Below, piece after piece: positions 56,658 to 64,000 of a stretch of 64,000 bases of DNA. The translations under genes were made by a program, and so were the position numbers. The stretch's first letter is position 1, and each line of letters opens with the position of its first letter. This DNA is from Callorhinchus milii (taxonomy: Eukaryota). The stretch is from NCBI RefSeq assembly GCF_018977255.1, contig NW_024704760.1:2914001-2978000 (forward strand). The letters are read 5' to 3'. Under the pieces are notes generated by a model. The model had not been told where the DNA came from and did no database searches. It saw only the letters and a list, made by a program, of their open reading frames with translations.

Positions 56658-59600
56658 ATCATAAACCCAGAATTTCTAAGCGAGTACTTCAGTGATTATC
56701 ATGGCTCCGCAACGCTCTTCCTCGACTCAGAATATATAGTTTCTTGTACGTATAGTCTGTACAGTGTTTAGGATTACCTAGTCCTGGCTCAGTGCAGGAC
56801 ATTCACATTGGCATGGGTTGTCTTGGGAATTTTATTAAAATATGATGAATGATTGTCTCTGAATGCAATTGCAGGCTATATGTTGATTTGTCTCAGGGGG
56901 AAGTTTAACGCTCGCAAACGTTGGAATTGTTCTTGTTCCTATCTGGAGGAATTGAGTAATGAACAACTCGGAATGGAATGATGTACCGTTTCCCTCAGGC
57001 GTTTCTGGAAAATCAATGATGAAAACGTCTCCAAAAAGATTCTGGGGCCAGATTTACAACGTAGCACAGATATACTGTGTGTATAAACTCTCCAGTGATC
57101 CAAGGGAAATTGCTGACTTGTATTCTTTCACCCTCCTTTCTATCAGTTCTCATGAGATGAGATTATCGTCTGTTTGAGAAATTCGAACTTTTAAGACAGG
57201 AGGTGACATTGTGCACTTTGCAAGGGAGACAGGAGTTTTTGTTTTATTAACGGGGGATAACCCCAATACGTCATGTAACACTGACCACACCAAAACAACA
57301 AAAAAATCCCCGTTCTTGAGTCAGAGAAATTCTGCAGCTCCTCAACCGCCCCCTGTTGTGAAGCTGAGATGCCGCAGCGTTACGCCTCTGGAAGAGAAAC
57401 ACAACAACATTGCTTATGCCACGGCCTGTGGTCGTTTCTCAAATAGGGCGTTTGGCCATCGAGAGGCAAAAGGTTGGACCACCCGGACTTAAAGTGCATG
57501 TGCTACTGATGTCTTAAGAATTGGCCCATCTATTTGAAGCTGGCAAGATTACAGCTGCCTCGAAGCTAAAGGCTCATAATCGAACCGATTTCAGCTACTG
57601 AATACATCATTCAATTAGAAAGTCTTTTTGCGTGCGCAGTGGTAACAGATGATACCAACAGTTGCTGCCATTTTATCTGAAGTCGCCTGGTTTTAAACCC
57701 TTTTGAAAGCAGATTTCGGCTCCCTCTTAAAGTCGGGATTAATCTGCGTTTCAAAAAAAAAAGGTTCAGCGAGAGTGCGTTCTTTTTCCAAGTGAGAGTC
57801 GGTTGAAAGTAAAAGAAAAGAAGATCAACAGAGAAAAAAATTCCCCTGGGATTTTACAACCTCCTCCACAAAAGGGAGTTTATGTTTGTTTTACATTTAC
57901 TGGTAGATGCAATCTTGTCGGCTAGCTTTAGAGATAAGGGGCTTTTTTTTGTTTTGACCTGGGAGGAAATGAACAAAACATGATCTGACAAGACATCCAG
58001 TGGGAGAGGAGCATTTGTTAAGCAAGACAAATGCTTCACTGAAAGGGACATGTCCATCAAACAAAGCGAACAGACAATAGATTTGTTGGAGATCTTTGAG
58101 TGCATTAAGCCGTAAAAGGTGATAATAATCCCTCAAATAAAATTGGTCACTCAATCCAAGACTGTTTGTGGGGACCCTGTTGTGTGCAATTGGCTGCTGC
58201 GTTTCGCCCACAAAGTACATAGTGAATCCACTTTACAATATAGTCTGTGAAGCGCTATGAGATGTCTCGACGACGTGATGATAATAATAATCCTTGCATT
58301 TGATATAGCGCCTTATCACGTCTTCGAGACGTCTCAGAGCTTCACAGGATATACTGTAAAGTGGATTGACTGTGTATTTTGTGGGCGAATCGCGGCAGCC
58401 AGTTGCCAATTGTTAAGGCGCTATGTCAAACACAAGGATTGTTATTATTATATGGAATTTTTTGTGTACTCTGTAATCCTTTCCCCTCTGTGTGCACAAG
58501 TGTTACGCCTGGGGAAATTCACTAATACAGCAAACAGTTCCTCCCTCTTGTGGGTTGAGGATAGAACAACATTTCTGCTATCCATAAAGATTCCCACAGT
58601 CTGGACTATACTGCCTTATCCTGGTGTGGAGAAGTGATTACAAACCCCCTCACCCCTCACACCCCCTTGCAATTGTACTTAATAATAATAATAATAATAA
58701 TAATCCTTTCATTTGATATAGCACCTTATCATGTCATTGAGGCGTCTCAAAGGGCTTCACAGGAAATGCCGGTAAAGTGGATTGACTGTGTATCTGTTTT
58801 CTATCATTATTTAATCCCGTTTCAAAACGTCAGTTTATATTTATCCAATTACTCGCAGTGCGTTCAGACCTTACACGCAGCTGATTATTGGCGTTTATAC
58901 AACATCGACAACAACAACAACAGCAACTTGCACTTCTGCCAGCGCTCTCCGCACAGGGAGGCGTCTCAGAGCGTTTTAGCTTCCGGCAAATGGGTTGGAG
59001 GAGAAGCCACCGATAGTGCTGTCGAGCCTTTTACTTTGGATCACGCCACAAGGTGGCATCACGTGCTGCCGTGTGCAAACCTTTACGAGCTCTCCTTAAG
59101 GCTAATTTATGGGGCAATTTTATGATGTTTACAGAAAGTACTTTCAGTACAACGAGTAATTGCTGCGCAGCGCTCCACGAGTAAAGATTTGACTAACTTT
59201 TCTTCTAAGTCGTTTTGTTGCTTTCGGTTTGGCAGAAATCTGGGCTTTGGAAATATTGGGTTCCCGTGGATTTTGTTTAAGTACAGTTTTTGTTGAGTGA
59301 AGTTTCGGTCTGAATGTTTCCGTTGCATCGAGCTCTTAAACGATTACATCTGCTCCAACCTCTCGGGATGGGTCTGAAACCCATATTGCGATGATGCGAT
59401 AAGACGCTCTATCAAATGCAATGATTACTATTATTATCATAATAATATTACAATAAAAAATCTTGACGGAGAGTGAGGAAATCTTCAACGGTTATCAATG
59501 AGCAGATTCAGAGTGCAGGGAAGGCATTTGAGCACAGCAGTTACCTACCAACGGCCTACAGTCTTGAGAGCATCCTCCAGCCGTCTGGGCCGTTCATCTC

Positions 59601-60562
59601 GTGCGATCGGACAGGAATATTGGCTCATCAGCCTCACAGCAACGATCCGTTAAGAAAAGTTGCTGGAGCAAATCGATTTCTGAAGGTTCATTTAGATCAA
59701 TCTGCTGATCCGTGGCCAATGTAGTGGCCAGTAAATGTGCCTTGCTCAGTGGTTTACTTTGCCATGCAATCAGTCTGTAGGTTTCAAGATTCATTGGGAA
59801 GCAATTTCCGGGTCATAATAATAATAATAATAAAAATAATAATCCTTGCATTTGATATAGCCCCTTGTCACGTCTTCGAGACGTCTCAAAGCGCTTTGCA
59901 GAACATACTGTAAAGTGAATTATATATCATGTGTATTTTGTCGTGACGTGAAAAGGCACTATGCCTAATGCGAGGATCATTTTTATTATACAGATGTAGA
60001 AATTTCACCCGAGTCTCAATTTACTGTATTTATTTAGCATTTCAGAGCCGTTCTGAATCGTCGTTGAGATGCCTCGAAGTGCTTCACGGGATTTTACTGT
60101 GAAACGCAGTGACTGTGTATTTATCTGCTGCAAGGTTATTTTGGAAAATCTCGGTGTCAGATTCACGACATCTGTGTTAAGACAAACACAACAACAACTT
60201 GCATTTATATAGCGTCCCTCACACAGGATAGGGTCCCAGAGCGATTAAGAAAGGATATAGGATTCTAACCCTCAAATTGCATTTGATCGATTCACTTTAC
60301 AGTATATTCTGTGAAACGCTTTGAGACGTCTCGAAGAGGTGATAAGGCAAGGATTGTTATTATTATTATTAAATCTAAATGTTAGAATCCCACGTGCCAG
60401 GTGTCCGTTTGTGTTGCCACAAGGGGTGCGTACAGCATTGCCAGGGCTTACGTTAGTACATCTTTCATCTGCCTCGAAAATCCCTGTGCGAAATCCATGG
60501 TCCCCTGGCTGAATCCTGTAAGATCTTAACCCTGTGCCTCTGATGTGCTCCTTGTTCCACAG

Positions 60563-60684
60563 ATTGCAACTGCACCACTCACCGGGATTGTAGGAACTTC
60601 ATCAAACTCGACTGCCAGCAATGGGGAAAGCTGTCGGAGGAAACAGTCGCTCCCGGAAACATGGCAGAGCGGTCCCCAGACGAG
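60563..60684 (+). CDS. RASSF5: RASSF5 coding exon 2 (second half of the C1 domain)
   Basis: ttccacag|AT TGC AAC TGC ACC ACT CAC CGG GAT TGT...GAC GAG|gtaaga, 122 nt, encoding xCNCTTHRDCRNFIKLDCQQW. This supplies the remaining C1 His/Cys ligands (human NCKFTCHPECRSLIQLDC). The rest of the gene lies beyond the window. Confidence 0.88.
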
Positions 60685-61735
60685 GTAAGACATTTTCAGC
60701 GGTTACAGTATTGATTTTGGACGGCCAGAAAAATCCATAGTTGTATTTATTGTTGTAATGCGGGTTTGTGGCATATCTGCAAGTTCAATGGGATCTCTCA
60801 GGGCAAATCCCAGAGCACAATTACTTAATACAATTTAGCTGGAATAGGTCTGTCATAATACAGACACTGTCGCACTCAATTATTTTTCATGCTGATTAAC
60901 AAACTCACTAGCCTGGCATTTATATAATATACAATATATAGATATATAAAAAAAGACTTGTAATCCGATATTAACCGTTTTTATCGGTTTATGGTTTCAC
61001 CAGATAATCCAAGCTGCGCTAGAGGTGATGGCGGTTAGACAGCTAATTAACAGGAGTGTTGTCTGATTATTTATTTAACGTGGACAGTGCGAATCCCAAA
61101 TGACTGCATTAAACGAAATGCTCTGGAGATGTTTAGTTTTAGAAACTTCCCGGAAGTAAGTCGTCAGCCAGCAGAGACCTTATCATTGTGACACCCAATT
61201 CCCCTCTCCCACTCCCCCCCACCACCCCCTCCGCTATTTTAACAACAACTCGCATTTATGCAGTCAATTCACTTTGCAGTATATTCGGTGAAGCGCTTTG
61301 AGATGTATTGACGACGTGATAAGGAGCTCTATCAAACGCAGGAATTATTATTATTATTATTAATCATCATCCACGTTCTTTTTCCAATCCTAGTCCAATT
61401 CAGGGTGATTTTGTTCTCTATCATCTCTGTAAAACGGATCTGAGCTCCTAGTCTAATCTAACCTTGCTACTGCAAAACAGGAAGTGGCCAGATGCTTTAC
61501 CAGAAGTAGATCATGTGGTAATTCACAAGGAGCGTGAACTAAAGTGCCTTTGGCTGTAGTAAGTGGTACGTTCATTGGGGACATTGGTGATACGTAGCTT
61601 TGTCTTGAGAAGACACGAGAAAATGGGTTCAGTGTGAGGCCAAGCGATGGGAAAGTGAACATCTAAATTGAAGCAAAACATTTCAAAAACAACCAGAGAA
61701 ATATAGATTATTTTTTTCACGTTTCACCTTCCCCT

Positions 61736-61736
<1 letters not shown>

Positions 61737-61783
<47 letters not shown>

Positions 61784-61798
61784 CTCTCTCTCTCTCTC
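61737..61798. repeat. (CT)n microsatellite
   Basis: Read directly. Confidence 0.95.
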
Positions 61799-63094
61799 CC
61801 AGGAGGAACGCACCCTGCTTATCTAGTTCTGGAGAGTACTAGGCGCAGCTTGGCAGAGCATGTGTCGGAGGGGTAACCGCTGGAATCTAACCAGCTAAAA
61901 CCACATAAAAATTGAGAGCATTGTCTGGCAAGCTTTCCCGCTACCTGTCCTGCTAGGACCACCCTTCCCATTAGGGGCTTTGACTTGCAGGCGCTGTTAA
62001 CCTATGGGAAATGAGCGGTGCTGAGGAGTTTGATGAGGAGAACCAAGAAAATTGCAAGAAAAGCTCAAACGTTGGCTTGCACAGCGCTAACATCTGGATT
62101 CTGATCCCTGGGGTCAGATAACTACCAACATATCATAACTGCGCCTTCTGTATATATATATATCTATATATAATATTGTCTAACGTTTGCAGACGTGTTT
62201 GTCTGCAGTTCAGGCTCCCAAGGTACCAACTGCCTTGTGCAGAGCACGACATCATGGCTTATATTTACTGCCTTCCAGGACACACTGTGGCAGGAAGGTT
62301 GCCAACTAAATCAAAGCATCACATAAATTCGGATTAAATAGTGTACGATCCTTGGAGATGTGGGAAGGAGTTGGGGGGGGTGGTGCGGGGGGGGGAGAGG
62401 GAATTCATCAAACGCCAGGTGTTTTGGGCTCTGACCTCCCGCTATATAAAAATAGACTCCGCCTGTCAACAAGCAATGAAAAAACACACACACAATGAGT
62501 GATTTGTTCTCATCAATTGGTACCAGAATAATTCAATAGACGGATTTTTCAGTTGACATCCTGTCACTCAGCAAGTGAGGAATCGTGTTCTCCTTATAGT
62601 GTACGTTCCTTGCAAAGTTTTGTCTTAATAGTAATAATAATCTTTGCATTTGATAGAGCACCTTATCACGTCATTGATACATCTCAAAGCGCTTCACAGA
62701 ATATACAGTAAAGTGGATTGACTGTCTATTTTGTGGGTGAAATGCCTTTAAATAAGATACCACTCATTTCACTCCAAGTTGTCTTTCCCAACTCGGTCCT
62801 TACATGCGTAGTGTAGTCGCTAACATTCCACCAGGCACTGATGACAGCAAAAAATGAATGCCGTGTCATGAGCTTTTCCAATTTATGGGCACTTGTAATA
62901 GAGAAGTTCTTGTTCCTTACAATTCAATGGATTTTAATGGACTATATAAATTATGGAGTGCATCAACTTAATTAGATTTTAGATCAATTCAACACAGCAT
63001 CTGTTTTATTTTCCTCCCAAATCCGGTGGTTACTAGGAGCCAGTACATCCTCTGGTGTGCATTACTGTATGAATATGATTATCCATAGCCTGAT

Positions 63095-63180
63095 AACAGA
63101 TTTGCTAACACAGGTGCAGAAAGCTATTAACAAGGCTAATGGGATGCTGGGTTTTCAGACAGAGCAAGAGGTATGGAATA
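63095..63180 (+). mobile_element. CR1 LINE ORF2 fragment
   Basis: Encodes QVQKAINKANGMLGF, a motif found after the reverse transcriptase domain of CR1 ORF2. Confidence 0.55.
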
Positions 63181-64000
63181 TTTTCGCCCACAAAATCCGC
63201 ACAGTCGATGCACTTTACAGTATATTCCGCGAAGCGCTTTGACGAAGCCCTCGCGTTTGATACAGCGCCTGATCACGTTGTTGAGCCGTCTCAAAGGGCT
63301 TCGCAGAATATACCGTAAAAGTGAGTCGATTGTGTATATTGTGGGTGAAACGCGCCAGCCAATTGCGCACGGCAGAATGAATGAAAGCACGAGGGCACGG
63401 AGATTAACTCGAAAATATTTCTTTCGAACCGAATGCAGAAGAGCTGCAGAGTGACATTCAATGTAGTTCAGACTATTCACTGCTCCGAAACCTCAGGCTA
63501 CTAAATTCCTTCTCCTTTCAGTCTGCCCTTTAAACTGAGGTAATTAACTTTTATGGTTGCCAAGGCTACTGGAATCCGAAAGGTAAATGCCATAAATCCT
63601 CATCGTCATAAACGCTTCTCACCAGCTATAGGTAGTTTTTTTTCCGAAAAAATTAACTCCTTAGATGCCGAATCTTGTCCAATCTTTTCCAGCCTGCTCC
63701 GCTGACCTGAGTCCCTGACCTCATGTAGTCTTGCTCCCGTGAAGCCCAACAGATACGTAGATTATAGGACCGTTGCTTAAAAGGGTAGTACTAAAAGTGA
63801 AGAGCAATACAGAGCGTGCAAAGAGAACCCGCTTCCTAAACCAATGGTACTGTTGGCCTTAATAAAAAAAGATGAATACCGAATAGTACCCCTCCCATTT
63901 GATAGAGCGCCTTTCACGTCAGGAGGACATCCCACAGCAGGACGTACTATAAAGTGCAGTGACTGTGTTTCGTGGGTGATTTCCCACAATTAATGTGAAT

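Overview
This is vertebrate genomic DNA, probably from a cartilaginous fish; a holocephalan/chimaera is suggested by the tRNA-derived SINE, L2 and CR1 repeat content (inference). The supplied ORF track is mostly noise, because the real genes are spliced. Exon structures were reconstructed by eye. In order: (1) a CpG-island first exon of an unidentified minus-strand gene near 1.7 kb; (2) PIFO/CIMAP3 (pitchfork), minus strand, 6 coding exons, with an apparent 1-nt frameshift in an A8 run; (3) a complete 20-exon SORT1 (sortilin, 832 aa), minus strand; (4) a complete 9-exon PSMA5 (241 aa), minus strand; (5) the first two coding exons of RASSF5/NORE1A on the plus strand, with a C1 domain, a polyQ tract and three assembly gaps around exon 1. 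Introns are dense with SINE and LINE fragments. I found no convincing new multi-gene system. The most interesting signals are a tandem array of a CCAAT+CRE-half+GC-box module at the SORT1 promoter, a minisatellite that grew from a SINE A-box, the PIFO slippery-site frameshift, a templated copy of a SORT1 splice acceptor, a candidate stop-containing acceptor in SORT1 intron 17, and nested inverted SINE tails.
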